Below, in pieces: positions 25,350 through 39,650 of a stretch of DNA of 64,000 bases. Within the stretch, counting starts at the first letter, position 1. Each line of letters opens with the position of its first letter. The position numbers and the translations under genes are program-made. The notes beneath the pieces are model-generated. The model saw nothing but the letters and a program-made list of their open reading frames with translations, made no database searches and had not been told where the DNA came from. This DNA is from Octopus sinensis. Lineage: Eukaryota. The DNA lies in contig NC_042998.1 in the NCBI RefSeq assembly GCF_006345805.1, forward strand, positions 63,798,001-63,862,000, given 5' to 3'.

Positions 25350-26889
25350 CTCACTCCTCCTTCTCCTCTCTCTTTATAGACACGTACAAGCAATTTGTTC
25401 CATATTTATACTAAGAGACGTATTCAGTTAATGACTCCTTAATTCTTATATTTAAACCAATTGAACAACAAGCTATTTTCGATTGTCCACTTACATTGCT
25501 GGTATTATACATTCCTGTATCGTGATAACCTACTCTCCACACAAAGCACATTTTACCGTTATCACATTTTCAATTTTACCCTTTACTTCCATGCTCAAAA
25601 TAGTTTCTAAATAACAATCTCCTTGCATAAATGTGTCCGAAGCATTCTGACAACTGAATAAAACTAATGCACTTTACATTTTCTGTCAGCAATGGTATTA
25701 TTTCAACTTAGCCCCAGATCCACCTTGAAACGGCTTACCTATTACATAAGGGTTACAGTCACGATCGCCTCGTCTTTCTTTCGTATATTCTTCATCTACA
25801 AATACGGCTTTTATGTGAATTTATATTTATTAGATGGTGAAGTGTAATTTAACGGGAATTCCTTCGATATTACTTGCATGACAAGAAACTACGTATAAAT
25901 GTTCGTGTTTGGATCGTTGAAGGAATAATCTGCACCAGTTATGGCAGCTTCCACCACCAATACCATCATCTTCATCACCAGCAATGCCATCACCATCACT
26001 AGCGATCTTTTCCTGAGAAAGATGATCGAGATTTGTTGAAACGTATTTGAAAAAAAAATTGACAAACTAATTAATACAGCTGTAAAATGTACAATAAAAG
26101 ATCATACAGATTAATTACGAAATATCGATTTAGAATGAAAAAGTAGAAGCAAGAGAGTGGATGAAAGGGAAAACAAGAGCGAGAGAGAGAGACAGAGTGA
26201 CAGAGAGAGAAAGCAAAATAGACGCGGGTAGGAAAGAGCTTGATTAAAATAAGAGAATTATGGAAAAAAGTTCATAGTAAAGAATATGTCCAAAAACGTG
26301 AATCGAAGATATGAGTGCCATCAGATCAATAAAACAAAACCGAGATTTATTTACCTTTAATAGCTACAAAGAAATGATGTCAAGTTCAATGTGACAAATG
26401 TATGAATAAAAACTTTTCGATGAAGTGACAGTGAATACGCGTTACTATGAAGTTAATTCTGAGCCAAACAATGTATTATCCTAAAAGAAAGCCAATAGAA
26501 CGAAACAACTTGAGAAATAAATTGCACTTTGTTCATCACAAAAGACATAAATTATCAGGTAAAGCTAACATGTTAGAATGGTCTGGCGCTACTAAGCCCA
26601 ACCGCTAGAACCTAAAAGATGAAACAAATTCTTATCAAAGTAGACGCATTAGCTATGATTGCAAAAACAAACATTCAAACAAACATTCAACAAAAACACC
26701 AGCACTTACAGGTATTTTCTGTATGCTATAGCATACGGAAAATTGCACTACTAGGCACAGCACACATCATACGTAAAACAATTTAACTACAGTGGAAATA
26801 AGAGCATCAATACAAACTACAGCACATACCCAATGCACACGTACCTACGCTCGGTTGTGAATTGAAAGCACGTGATAAAAATATCATTA

Positions 26890-27073
<184 letters not shown>

Positions 27074-27074
27074 C

Positions 27075-28130
27075 CTCCAATGATCCATGTGAATGAAGGA
27101 AAAGAACTATGGTGGAAAAGAAGAATAAAGCAATCAATGAAAGAACTACGAAAACATCAACATTTTGTCAAGAAAGAAAAAAGTGAAGCCAAGAGGTGAG
27201 GAGAAATGTCAGGAACCAGGTCGTAGATATAGGATAAGGAAAATGGGGCTAAATATTGTTCTTGAAGAGCTGAAACACAGATTGCAGGCTAAAGCGACAA
27301 AGATCAAGAGACATAGTCGAAAAACTGAAGAATATAAAATCAACAGATTGCTCCAACAATATCAGAAAAAGGTTTATCAACAGCTGAATGGAAAGGTTAA
27401 CAGCACTGAGAAAGTAAAAGGTTTAGGAGTGACATCTGGGATAATGGAAGAAAGCATAACAAAGATGCAAGATTGTTGAATGAGTTAGGGTCGGAAAAAT
27501 ATGAAGTAAAACAGTAATATAAGAACAACGACTGAAATTGTAGCTGAACAGAAAACAAGATCCCAAACTGGAAATGCTCTGGTCCGGATGGGGTATGAGG
27601 ATATTGGCTGAACGATTTCCCAGCACTACACAGAAGAATAGTCACGCAAATGGATAAAATGATCAACAACGAGGTTCAAATCCCAAACTGGCTAACTACA
27701 GGTAAAACAATTCTTTGCTAAAATGATAGCAACAAATGCAATGCAGTGGATAATTACCAGCCTATCACCTGTCCACCCCTCATGTAGAAGTTGCTGACAG
27801 GAATAATATCTAATTATGTGTTTGCGGGAAAGTAATGACAAACTGCCAGTGGAACAGGAAGGGATGCAAAAGGAAAAGCCGAGGGTCACAACACCAACTA
27901 CTGATAGTCAGAATGGTCCTGAACAATTGCAAGAATAACCTACTAACTTGGGTATAGATCGATTATAAGAAAGTGTATGGCATGGTCCCCATTTCTGGAT
28001 TTTATAAAGACTTGAACTGATACAGTTGTCTGATAACATTTCAAATTACATCAAGTGATTAATGAAAAACTGTAGTACAGCGTTAACTTAAAGTGAAAAT
28101 TCCTCTGCTCTGTTTTCTTTAGAAAAAGTA
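27075..28130 (+). mobile_element. Old R4/Dong-type non-LTR fragment (pre-RT and RT N-half)
   Basis: WWKRRI, ELKHRLQAKATKIKR, PNWKCSGPDGV, IPNWLTTGKTIL, NYQPITC, IDYKKVY; starts at a (TAA)n array. Confidence 0.85.
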
Positions 28131-28499
28131 AATTGTCGCTTTCTTCCAACACAATGCATGCCATTATCCATCAAAGTCCTAGTTTTGGTGGGGTCCATGG
28201 TATAGTTATTTTGTCTCCTTTCTTCAAACATTCAATGGGGAGAGAGTGCCGGCACAGTTGTGGCTGGAGAGCAGTAAATGTTTCATTACAAGGACTTTAA
28301 TTCTCGACGTCACTCAACTACCTTTCCTTATATATACTCAATATTCCGAAGGGCACGTTCTACATGAACGCTAGGCGTCATGATAAATCAAATGGCGTTT
28401 TCTATTCGTAGAACGAACGAGACGTTGCTGTTTCTAATGGCTTCTGTTCTGCTATTGTTATTACATTCATCGTTATCCTTATTGCTGTTGCTACTGTTC

Positions 28500-28850
28500 C
28501 ATGATATTTTAGAGTTCTTTTATTTGTAACTCTACATCACCTGAGCGTTGAGCAATGTACGTTATTCTGGGTCATCCAATGAGATCTTTCCGTAGATCAA
28601 GACTCACTAAATGAGCTCTCTCACTAATTTATCTTTGCTTTGATAGTGGTAACTGGCATATCTTGTCCACCGGTCTTGACCGATTCACGATTGCTCAGGG
28701 ATATTTTTATAAAGCTCTTCTTTCGTTGGGTGTTTCCATGTTTTGTTGGGAAACACACGTAACATACCTGCGTAAGTTCCATCAATCTTGTTTTCTGTCT
28801 TTTTTCGTATGAATCGTAGAATTTATTTCTCCGATTCTCTTACACTATTG
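28500..28850 (-). mobile_element. Degenerate RTE-clade LINE 3' fragment
   Basis: ENKIDGTYAGMLRV..NKTWKHPTKEELYKNIP...SKDKLV...PRITYI. Confidence 0.7.
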
Positions 28851-28934
28851 ACAGTCGTCTTCCCTAATAAATGCAATAACCATCGCAACACCGACAATGA
28901 AGATTATAATGATGACAGCGAAGAAGAAGGGATA

Positions 28935-29073
28935 GATAATAATAATAATAAGAAGAAGAAGAATAATGATAATAATAATAATAATAATAATAATAAGAAG
29001 AAGAAGAAGAATGATAATAATAATAATAATAATAATAAAATAATAATAATAATAATGATACTACTACTACTAC

Positions 29074-29120
<47 letters not shown>
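28935..29120. repeat. (AAT)n/(AAG)n array upstream of the Dong-like element
   Basis: Directly visible. Confidence 0.95.
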
Positions 29121-29126
<6 letters not shown>

Positions 29127-32043
29127 CCTGGGAAGAAATCAAACCTGGAGAAGTAAAATTGAAAAAGAGATTGAATTTATGAGAGGGGAAATATCAATAT
29201 TAAATGAACTAATATGTGGAAATGATGTAAGATCCAGAACAGGAAGAAAGATGAAGAGAAAATTTGGATCCTCACCAAGAGAAGAACTGATATCAATAAA
29301 AGAAACGCTGAAACAAAAAGTCCAAGCAAAAGCCCAAAGAATACGAAGATTTGAGAAGAGAAACAAGTTTTACAAGCAAAATAAGCTGTTCACATCCAAT
29401 GCCAAAAAATTCTACAGAGAAATAGGGAAGGAGAAAGTAACCGTTAAAGGCCCCCCTCCCATGGAAGAAGTTCAAAACTTTTGGGAAAGGATTTGGAGTG
29501 ACAAGAAGACGTACAACATAAATGCAGACTGGGTTATACAAACTGAAGGATCCTACCAAAATTTACAACAAGCATGGGAAGACATCACAATAGCAGACCT
29601 AAGAAAGGCACTCACGAAGGCCCATAATTGGAAATCCCCCGGTAAAGATAGGGTGCCGAATATCTGGCTCGCATCGCTCCCGTGTGCACACGGTAAGCTA
29701 GTTCAGCTGCTCAATGGAATTTTGAGATACCCAAAGAAAACACCTGAATGGTTAGCAAGTGGCATTACTTACCTACTCCCAAAGAATAACGAAACCAACC
29801 TTCCAAAAAACTATCGGCCTATAAGATGTCTATCCACCACGTATAAAATCCTAACATCTATCCTGGCGGAGAAAACATATGCATTCATGGAGAAGAACGA
29901 TATTTTCCCCATTGAACAAAAAGGGTGCCGCCGAGGCTCTTACGGATGCAAAGATCAACTGCTAATCAATCGTATGATCCTTGAGAACTGTCACAACAAG
30001 CGCAGAAATCTCAGCACCGCATGGATTGACTATAAAAAGGCCTTCGACAGTATACCAATCCATGGATCTTGAGATCGCTGGACATCTTTAAAATTTCCCC
30101 TGTGATTTCAAACTTCCTGAAGCACAATATGTCGTTGTGGAATACGAATCTCCAATTATACCACTCTAATGGAGTACTTGCCTCAGAAAATATAAACATC
30201 AACTGTGGAATTTTCAAGGTGACTCACTTTCACCTTTAATATTCTGCATAGCCCTAATACCCCTTACAAGTGAATTAAACAGAACAGGGTATGGGTATAA
30301 AATTGCCAATAAAAAGATAAGCAATCTATTTTATATGGATGACTTCAAACTTTATGGTAAAGACAATAATGAACTTGAAGGCCTATTGCGCACCGTGAAA
30401 GCATTCAGCGATGACATCGGGATGAAGTTTGGACTTGAGAAGTGTGCCAAGGCCACTTTCCAGAAAGGGAAAGTGAAGACCACAATTCAGTCGTGTTAGA
30501 TGTTGACACAGTCATAAGAGAGCTTGAGCAAGAACAGACATACAATATTTAGGGATAAATGAAGGCTCTGGTATTCAGCATGCAAGCATGAAAGAGAAAA
30601 TCAGGAAGGAATGTTATAGGAGAGTTCGTGCAGTCCTGAAATCTGAACTAAATGCACGTAACAAGGTGTTAGCTATAAATTCCTTAGCAGTTCCAGTTGT
30701 TACTTATAGCTACAATGTGTTGAACTGGAATATGAGTGAAGTAAAGAATATAGATAGAAAAATACGCAAGCTGCTGAGTTGTAATAGGATGCACCACCCA
30801 AAGGCAGACGTAGATCGCCTTTACCTTCCCAGAGCCCAAGGAGGTCGAGGCCTGATCCAATTTGAACTAGCTTACAAAACATCCACAATTGGACTGGCCA
30901 AATATCTCGAAATATCGAATGACTGGATGCTAAAGCTCGTGGAAAATCACGAGAGACGAAAGAAGCTTCATTCTATCATCAAGGAAAGCAAAAAATTTGC
31001 TATTGATCTCGTGCAGGATACCCAAACTGAACAACCCGAGGGAAGTACGGCAACTATTGTTGCAAAGAAGGTGAAAATGATGGCAATGAAAAAAGCGCAC
31101 GAGCAATTGGCTGATAGGTGGGAGGAGAAACCTCTGCACGGCAAATATGTGACCCGCAGCAAACAAGCTGATGTTGACCAGAAGCAAACCCATCAGTGGC
31201 TGCGGAGCTCAGGGCTAAAAGCAGAGAGCGAAGGTTTCATCCTGGCTGCTCAAGACCAAAGCCTATTACCCGGAACTACCAGGCCAATGTGATGAAAAAT
31301 GGAGCAAACCCAAAATGCCGATTCTGCAACGACATGATTGAAACAGTGGACCACCTAATCTCTGGATGTAAAGTCTTAGCACCAGTGGAGTATAAATTAA
31401 GACATGACAGAGTTGGCCAATATCTACACTGGCTAATAAGTCAGCATTACAATATCAAAACTGCCGACAAGTGGTATAATCACCACCCTGAGGCTGTAAC
31501 TGAAGGAGAAAATGTAACCATTCTGTGGGACTTTCCAGTACATACAGACCGAACATCAAGGCCAATAAACCAGATTTTGTTGTGAAAGACAAAACATAAA
31601 GTTTGCTTATTGATCGACATGAGCATCCCCTGTGATCATAATATCTCAGCGAAAGAGTTTGACAAGCTCAGAAAATATAAAGACCTACTCATTGAAATTG
31701 AGAAAATGTGGCATCTCAAGGCGGTTACAATACCAGTGATCGTAGGAGCACTAGGAATGATCAAGAAGGGAACCGAAAATTATATGAGAATGATCCCTGG
31801 CTTACCATCCCTGCAAGAAGTGCAAAAGATTGTCTTAACTGGTACATCACACGTATTGAGAAGAGCATTGTCGATGTGAGAACTGTTGCTGCTCATGTAT
31901 TTTAATTTAAAAAAAAAAAAAAAATGAACGAACTACTGAGTTTGGTTTAATGGCCTACCAATATACACTATGAGTTTCTTTGCCTAGGAGTCGGGAAGAC
32001 ACTCGGCAAGAAATGGAAGCAAATTGAAAGAAGAAAAAAAAAG
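29121..32043 (+). mobile_element. 5'-truncated R4/Dong-type non-LTR retrotransposon (RT, CCHC, restriction-like endonuclease), frameshifted
   Basis: NWKSPGKD, NYRPI, EQKGCRRGSYGCKDQLLI, WIDYKKAFDS, QGDSLSP, YMDD (30332-30343), CRFC..ETVDHLISGC, RHD, IDMSIP..KLRKYKDL, PVIVGALG; flanked by (TAA)n. Confidence 0.95.
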
Positions 32044-32107
32044 TAATATAATAATAATAATAATAATAATATTAATAATAATAATAATAATCATAATAAT
32101 AATAATA

Positions 32108-32142
<35 letters not shown>

Positions 32143-32143
<1 letters not shown>

Positions 32144-34435
32144 GCAAATGAACCAAAAAACTATAGACCCATAACCTGCTTAACAACTATGTACAAACAA
32201 CTAACATCTGTCCTGACGGAATATACCTATAGTTTTTTAACAGACAGCAGCATATTCCCTAATGAAAAGACAGAAAGGATGTAAACGTGGATCCTACGGC
32301 TGTAAAGACCAACTACTCATCAATAAGATGATCTTAGAAGATTGTCACAACGACACAAAAAACTTATCAATAGCCTGGATAGACTATAAAAAGGCTTTTG
32401 ATAGCCTACCACATAGCTGGATTAGGAAATGCCTGGAAATGTATAAGATAGCACCTACTCTGCGAAACTTCTTGACTGTAAGTATGAGATCATGGAGAAC
32501 CACACTAACTCTGAACTGTGACAATGAATCCCTAAATGCTGGTGATGTAAAAATTTCATGTGGCATTTTCCAGGGTGACTCACTGTCACCACTCCTCTTT
32601 TGTTTATCCTTAATACCTCTCTCAAAGCTGCTCAATGACGCGCAGTACGGGTATAAAATGTTTGATAAAAATATAAATCATCTCGTTTACATGTATGATT
32701 TAAAGCTTTTTGCAAAAAATGACCAACAACTCAAGGGCTTACTAGCGATAGTCAAACAATTCAGTGACGACATCAGAATGCAATTCGGCCTCGATAAATG
32801 TGCAGAAAAATGACAGAAACATCTAACGTTAACCTTGACCAACAGAATGTCATAAAAGAACTAGACCCAGCGGAGAGCTACAAGTACCTAGGGGTAATTG
32901 AAGGGAACGGAATAAGGCATTCAGAGATGAAGGAAAGGATCAGGAGAGAGAATGCTATCGAAGAGTGAGAGCAATACTCAAGACAGAGCTGAATGCAAGA
33001 AGAAACAGGATCGAAGCGATCAATGCATTAGCCATACCAGTCGTGACTTACAGTTTCAATATTGTTAACTGGTCAATTACTGAAATATGTCAGCTCGACA
33101 GAAAAAATAAGGAAACTGTTGACAATGCATAGAATGCACCACCCTAAGGCAGATACAGAACGACTCTATCTGCCAAGAAAAGAGGAGGCCGTGGTCTTTT
33201 GCAACTGGCAATAACAATGAAGATTGCTACAATTGGCCTAGACACCTACCTGAAAATCTCTGAGGACTGGATGTTAAAACTTGTCTCAAAACATGAAAAC
33301 AAAGAAAGTATCATACTCAGTCACAAAACAGGCAAGGAATATCTAAGTGAATTCCGAATACAACCAATTTCGGAATTAGAGATAGATATACAAGGAACAA
33401 GCACAGAAAAAGCTAGGCGCATGAAAACCCGTGCCAAAACTGCGGCCTTAGCTATTCTGAATAATAAATGGCAAGAAAAACCTCTCTATGGCAAATACCC
33501 AAAGAGAGCGAATAATGCAGATATCGACAAAACCCTGACCCATCAATGGCTAATGGCCTCTGGCTTAAAATCTGAAACAGAGGGGTTTATCATAGCAGCT
33601 CAAGATCAATGCCTACCAACAAGAAACTACCAGGCCAACATATTAAAAACGGCAGTAGCCCAACATGTCGTGTATGCCGACAACAAAATGAAACCATTGA
33701 CCATGTTGTCTCCAAATGCAATCTTCTAGCGCCTACAGAGTACCTCAGTAGGCATGATAGAGCTGCACAATATATTCACTGGGTAATTTGCAAAAACCTG
33801 GATTGGCCCCATGAAAAAAACTGGTGGGAACACAATCCACCTCCTGTGCTTGAAAATGACCACATCTCACTCCTCTGGAACTTCACCATTCAAACTGACA
33901 GGAAGATAGATGCAAATAGGCCAGACATTATATTGAAAGACTTCAGACAAAGAACATGCCTCCTCATTGATATGACTGTCCCAATCGATATAAACGTTTC
34001 TGTCAAGACCTACCAAAAACTGAGCAAATATAAAGATCTTGAAATAGAAATCAGCAAAATGTGGAACCTGAAGACTAAAACAATACCTGTTGTCATAGGT
34101 GCCCTGGGAATGATAGCGAAAGGGACTGATTGCTACCTAACTCAGATACCAGGAAACCCCAAAATGGCAGAAATTCAAAAGATAGTGCTCATGGGAACTG
34201 CTCATATCCTACGCAAAATACTCTCTATGTAATCCCAAGGTTTAAAACAAAATTTTTCTTTTTATTTTTTATTTTTTTTATGTATTAGACATTCACTAGT
34301 ACAACACCAAAAAAAACCCCAAAAAAAACAACAACCCAAATATATGGCACAGAATTTCCAACCTGTTGTCTCTTGAGGTCTCTGGGTGAGACTTGGAGCC
34401 GACTTGTACAGACATAAAGCAAAAGTCAAACATAG
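32143..34435 (+). mobile_element. Second, divergent 5'-truncated R4/Dong-type element, directly downstream in the same (TAA)n array
   Basis: NYRPITCL, QKGC, WIDYKKAFDS, GIFQGDSLSP, YMYD (mutated YMDD), CRVC..ETIDHVVSKC, RHD, NRPD, IDMTVP, PVVIGALG; different 3' UTR from the upstream copy. Confidence 0.95.
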
Positions 34436-34485
34436 AATAATAATAATAATAATAATAATATTAATAATAATAATTATTATTATTA

Positions 34486-34532
<47 letters not shown>

Positions 34533-34730
34533 GTAGTAGTAGTAGTAGCAGTAGTAGAAGTAGAAGTATTAAAAGACGAAGAAGAAGAAGATGAAAAGAA
34601 AAAATAAGAAGATGAAGAAAAAAGAAAATGAAGAAGATGAAGATGATGAAGAAGAAGAAGAAGAAGAAGAAAGAAGAAGAAGAAGAAGAAGAAGAAGAAG
34701 AAGAAGAAGAAGAAAGAAGAAGAAGAAGAA
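34436..34730. repeat. (AAT)n-(TTA)n-(TAG)n-(GAA)n compound array
   Basis: Directly visible. Confidence 0.95.
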
Positions 34731-35313
34731 GGGCACCGATAACAACGATGCTACTGCTGATGAGGATGATGAAGACAAGATCAAATATATTACTGTTATG
34801 TTATACACGCGTAACATCAATAATGGTGTAGCGTTAAGCTTATCAATATTAATTTTGCTATCTTTATGAATCTTTAATCAACATATCCACATGATACCAC
34901 ATATAGTTAATCACCAGCTTAAACCGAGAAATATTTTCTCATACCAGGATTACAAAGTTGTTTATCTCTCATCTGTATACCTATCAGAATTGTTCTACAC
35001 AGTTCTATTTACCATTTCATTCGAAGAAAAGCCTTTTAGTACTTTTTGCATTTTCGAATTAAAGATATTAGTTTTATCTCATTTAATATATATGTGTGAA
35101 CGTGTGCGTGTGACTCAGCGTGTGTGTCTGTGTGTGTGTATGCGCGTGTGTGTGTGTTTGTGTGTGTATGTGTGTGTGTTTGTGTGTACTTATCTATGAA
35201 CAGATATATATATATATATGTGCGTGTGTGTGTGTTTGTGTATATACATACATACCTACAAATATATATATATATATATATACGTGTGTGTGTGCTTCTA
35301 TCTACCCATATAC

Positions 35314-35784
35314 AGGCGTAGGAGCAGCTGTGTGGTAAGAAGCTTGCTTCCCAATCACGTTGTTCCGGTTTAGATTCTACTGCAGAGCACCTTGGGCAAG
35401 TGTCTTCTACTATAACCTCGGGCTAACCAAAATATTGTGACTGGATATGGCAGAGAGAAATTGAAAGAAGCCCGTGATATGTATATATATATACATAAAC
35501 TCAAACAAGCCCGTCGTCGTATATATATATATATATATATAGATATATATATATATATATATATAATATATATATATATATGAATGCCTGTCTCTGTCCC
35601 CACATTATCGCTTGACAACAGATGCTTGTGTGTTTACGTCCCCATAACTTAGCGGTTCAGAATAGAGCCCGATAGGATAAGCACCATGCTTACAAAGAAT
35701 AAGTCCTGGGGTCGATTTGTTCGACTAAAGGCCCTGCTCCATCATGGCTGCAGTCAAATGACTGAAACAAATAAAAGAATAAAA
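35314..35784 (+). mobile_element. SINE S1, full length
   Basis: tRNA-like head (aggcgtaggag...gtgtggtaagaagcttgcttcccaa...gttccgg), internal (TA)n, conserved tail. Confidence 0.85.
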
Positions 35785-35813
35785 TATATATAAATATGTA
35801 TTTCATTTAATTT

Positions 35814-35970
35814 TACGTTCTGAATTCCCATTCAGCAGAGGTCGACTTTACCTTTCATTCCTTTCTGGGGTCTATAAAATAAATACCAGTTCCGTTCTGG
35901 GGTTGATGTAATCGACTAAGCCCCTACCTCAAATTTCAGGCCTTCTGCCTATAATAGAAATGATTATTGT
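35814..35970 (+). mobile_element. SINE S2, 3' part
   Basis: gaggtcgactttacctttcattcc...gatgtaatcgact...aaatttcaggcc. Confidence 0.75.
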
Positions 35971-35994
35971 TATGTAACGTACTCAGCTTATTTT

Positions 35995-38100
35995 TGGAGA
36001 TGCGATTAACGAGTCAATCTTTTGCTCCCCACGAACCAAGGTGATACACTTTTTTTCAAGTCTTGGAGAAGTTCGTGAAGATTTCTTGCAATGCCAAGTA
36101 ATGCTGGTTGTGGAAATACTCTATTTTCTTTTTCGTCCCTATTTCCAATTTTAAATCTTTTTCTCACTCGACCTAGGGTACCTAGAATTATTGGAACATT
36201 TAAAGTATTTTCATTGAACACAGTTTTTGTTTTGAATTCTCTCACTAGGGTTTCATATCGAATCAGTTTTTCTCCTTTTTCGACAATCTGCTGTCTTCTG
36301 GATTAGCGATATCAAACGATGATCAATCACGATTTTCTTTTATCTCATCTATCGGTATAATATCAGGATTGATTCTGATTTTCAATTCTATGTCCACTTT
36401 GGATCATAACGTCCCCCTCGGTCTTACTCATTTTCTACCACATTCTTGGTTCATGCTCATAGCATTTTCCCACTTATTTCTATCCAAACTTGCTACATTC
36501 TCGCAACATTATTATGCCTTGTTTCGCATTCTCTCCGAACCAATTCGCTTAAAATATTCCATACTGTCTCTCCAGTTTCACCATATATTCTGTATTTATC
36601 AGATTCTGTTGATTGGCCAAATTTATGTTTTCTCAATGCTTTTTCCTGTGTTGTCCACACCAAATTTTAGGTCGGTTTTTGTTATCACAGCCATCAGGTT
36701 TCTAGGTCTATATTCTTTGGTAATTCTTTCAAGAACTGATCATGCATTTGTTTAACTTTTCAGTTGTCTTTTTTCTTTGTTTCTGTCTTAATTTGCAATA
36801 CATCTGTTGACTACATTCTGTATGTCATAGGCCTGTCTTCCGTACTTGTACAAGTAATGCTTCCTCCTCATTCTTTATATAAAAGGCAATGATTGTTTCC
36901 TCTGTCTGAATTATATTCTCACAACTTATCCATCCCAGCTTCTTTTCCTTCTTGTAAAGAATAGCCGCTCAATATCACTTTGTGCAACCCATCGTGTATT
37001 CTTAGTAGTTTCTTTGTTTTCTCATCCAAAGATACTAGTTCCTCTGTTCACCATTTGTGGTAATCCCGCTTCATGTCTCTCGAGAGAACAGTTGTCCATT
37101 CAGTTATTTTTCAGTATGAATTTCAGCATGTGTAATACTCCTGAGAGAAAATATTTTCCATTCAGCTTTCAGTAAATTTGCCTACCTCCAATATTTTCTG
37201 ATACCTCTAATATTCCTTGGTTGTTATTTTCATTACCACTCCTATAGGTAAATTCACACGATCCACTTGATGGTTTTACTTTTCATTCTTTTTTTTGTTT
37301 TTAGAATCAACACAACACTTTTCCAGTCCAAGATTTATTATAATGTCCGCACTGAAGCAATGCACCGTTTGAATCAGTTAATTCAGCTTCCTCATACAGT
37401 TTCAGACTATCCATAAAACGAAGATGATTAATCTTATCTCTTGATAACATCAATCCTAAATTCACATCCAAATTTATTGTTTATCCATATCAAAATCTGC
37501 GGCATGACACACAATACAATTTAACAATGATAACAAATTCCTCACTGGAAGTTTTCGTGCCTGATGTTGACAAGCCTAAGCTTTACCTCAGCGATACAAG
37601 TTCAGTGGTACATGCATTCATTCTAAGGTTCATTAGATTCATGATACTCTGTGAAATTCCGAATACTTTCAAGCAATCCAGAATTCACGAATGGGGAGTC
37701 ATATCATGCATTCTGGCAAAGTCGACCATGGCGGAATTTGAACTCAGAACTTAAAGACGGATGAAATGACGCGAAACATTTTGTCCGGCGTGCTAATGGT
37801 TTAGTCATCTTATCGCTTTTACATCTAGAATATAACAAGTAATAAAGAGGCTTTAAAACACATATACAGGCTTTAAAACACTGATGGGAAAAGGTCGAAC
37901 GGTAACTGCGGGTAAATGCTTGCATTTTCTGTTCCCATGACGAATAGGCTAACCATTTCACCAATATAAATTCCGATCTCTCGCCTATCCGATATGGGAT
38001 GCTTTCCCCTAAAAAATATGAATTCATATCTGTGTGCTTAATGAGACCTTAGAAATGTTGTGTAAATATGAAATAAACCACTTTAAATAAGATGGATTTT
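35995..38100 (-). mobile_element. Old R4/Dong-type element (RT to RLE), heavily decayed, with an S2 SINE inserted near 37712-37810
   Basis: DMTPHS.ILDCLKVFGI, INHLRFMDSLKLY, GLEKC, PIILGTLG, PALLGIARNL. Confidence 0.75.
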
Positions 38101-38530
38101 AAGGATCTTTTATTTAACATCTTGAACCTTTTAAATTTCCATGTTAGCAACTTTGTTACTTTCGTCTCTATTCCTGGGAGAGTTGCTGCTTACTTCAAAG
38201 AAAATGCACGATAAAAACGCCACTATTGTGCAATTCATTCTCAAAAGTGGTCACAAAGGGTTTGATCGATATAATAGATATAAGAGCTAAAATTACCCCA
38301 AATGGCATCCTATTTTCTAAAAGTATATATCCACATCATATAATGTAGTCTTCGATATATCATTTGTGCAGAACAGAATACGCGATTTATTGCAGGTAGG
38401 CTGAACGAAGTTTGGCACTCAACTTTACATTAAAATAACACATTTTTCACGAGTGAAATCAGGAACTTCTTTAAACCTTAATGGTTGTAGGTTTTTTTTT
38501 TTATTGCATATATAAAGTATATATAAAATA

Positions 38531-39020
38531 TAGCACGCCGGGCAAAATGCTAAGCGGTATTTCATCTGCCGTTACGTTGTGAGTTCATATTCTGCCAAGG
38601 TCGACATTGCCTTTCATCCCTTCGGGTTCAATTAAATAAGTACCAGTTACACACTGGGGTCGATGTAATCGGCTTAATTCCTTTTTCCGTTCTTGTTTGT
38701 CCCCTCTATATTTAGCACCCTGTCGGCAACAAAGAAATATATATATTATTAAATAGTATTAAACTCGAATATTATCATACCATCACTATTAACATATTCC
38801 TTTAGGCAACGAGCTGGCAGAATAGGTTGTAGGCAGAGTGAAATGCTTAGCAATATTTCGTCCGTCTTTACGTTCTGAGTTTCAAATCCAACGAGGCTGA
38901 CTATGCCATTTATCCTTTCAGGACCGATAAAATAAGTGCCAGTTAAACACTAGGGTCGATGTAATTGACTTTCTCTTCCTTAGAAATTATTGGCCTTGGG
39001 CCAAAATTTGAAAGAAGTAT
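38531..39020 (+). mobile_element. Two adjacent SINE S2 copies (38531-38737, 38804-39020)
   Basis: Both carry aaatgct.agc..tatttc...acgtt.tgagtt...ataagt.ccagtt..acact.gggtcgatgtaat. Confidence 0.8.
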
Positions 39021-39095
39021 TAACATCCTCCTTAGAAGCGCTATTCCCTGTGCTGTTGTTATATAGGCATGAATAAATTTAAAAAATGCAGAATA

Positions 39096-39138
<43 letters not shown>

Positions 39139-39255
39139 TGTTGTATTTCAGAATGGTCATTTTGCCAGTTTAGCCAATAAAAACACACGCACTATATAAT
39201 TGGTGTTATTTTGCTTCAGTTTTATTTATTTATTACATTAATCTTAATCTTATTT

Positions 39256-39300
39256 CGGCCAGAGTTCTTTCGTCACATTCCTGTGACCGCATCAGTGGTC
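39256..39300 (-). ncRNA. Hammerhead-like motif, family D (A9 changed to C)
   Basis: ACCA CTGATGC G GTCAC-aggaat-GTGAC GAA AGAACT C|TGG; lies in an element starting at the (TA)n ending near 39138. Confidence 0.55.
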
Positions 39301-39530
39301 CTTTGCTTTCTTCTTTCTTATTTGTGTGTCTCTCCTTACTAACCGTCAGCCATTTTGCATTTCTATTGTATGTGTCTTCATTTGCGCATGCGTATATCTC
39401 TATGTGCGTCTATGTTTAGTTAGTGTGTGTGTGGGGGGAATGCCTGTAATATTTGTATCTTCTGTTTATATACGTTCGTGTAATTTGTTTTTGTTTTTTT
39501 TATTCTTATTTTGTTCATGTGTTTACACCC

Positions 39531-39531
<1 letters not shown>

Positions 39532-39583
<52 letters not shown>

Positions 39584-39650
39584 TATTATTATTATTATTA
39601 TCATCATCATTATCATTATTACTATCATTATCATTATTATTATTATTACA
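39532..39650. repeat. (TTA)n/(TCA)n array
   Basis: Directly visible. Confidence 0.95.

Noticed and set aside
35314-35390. tRNA genes at SINE heads
   Set aside because: tRNA-derived SINE heads continuing into SINE bodies; no full cloverleaf
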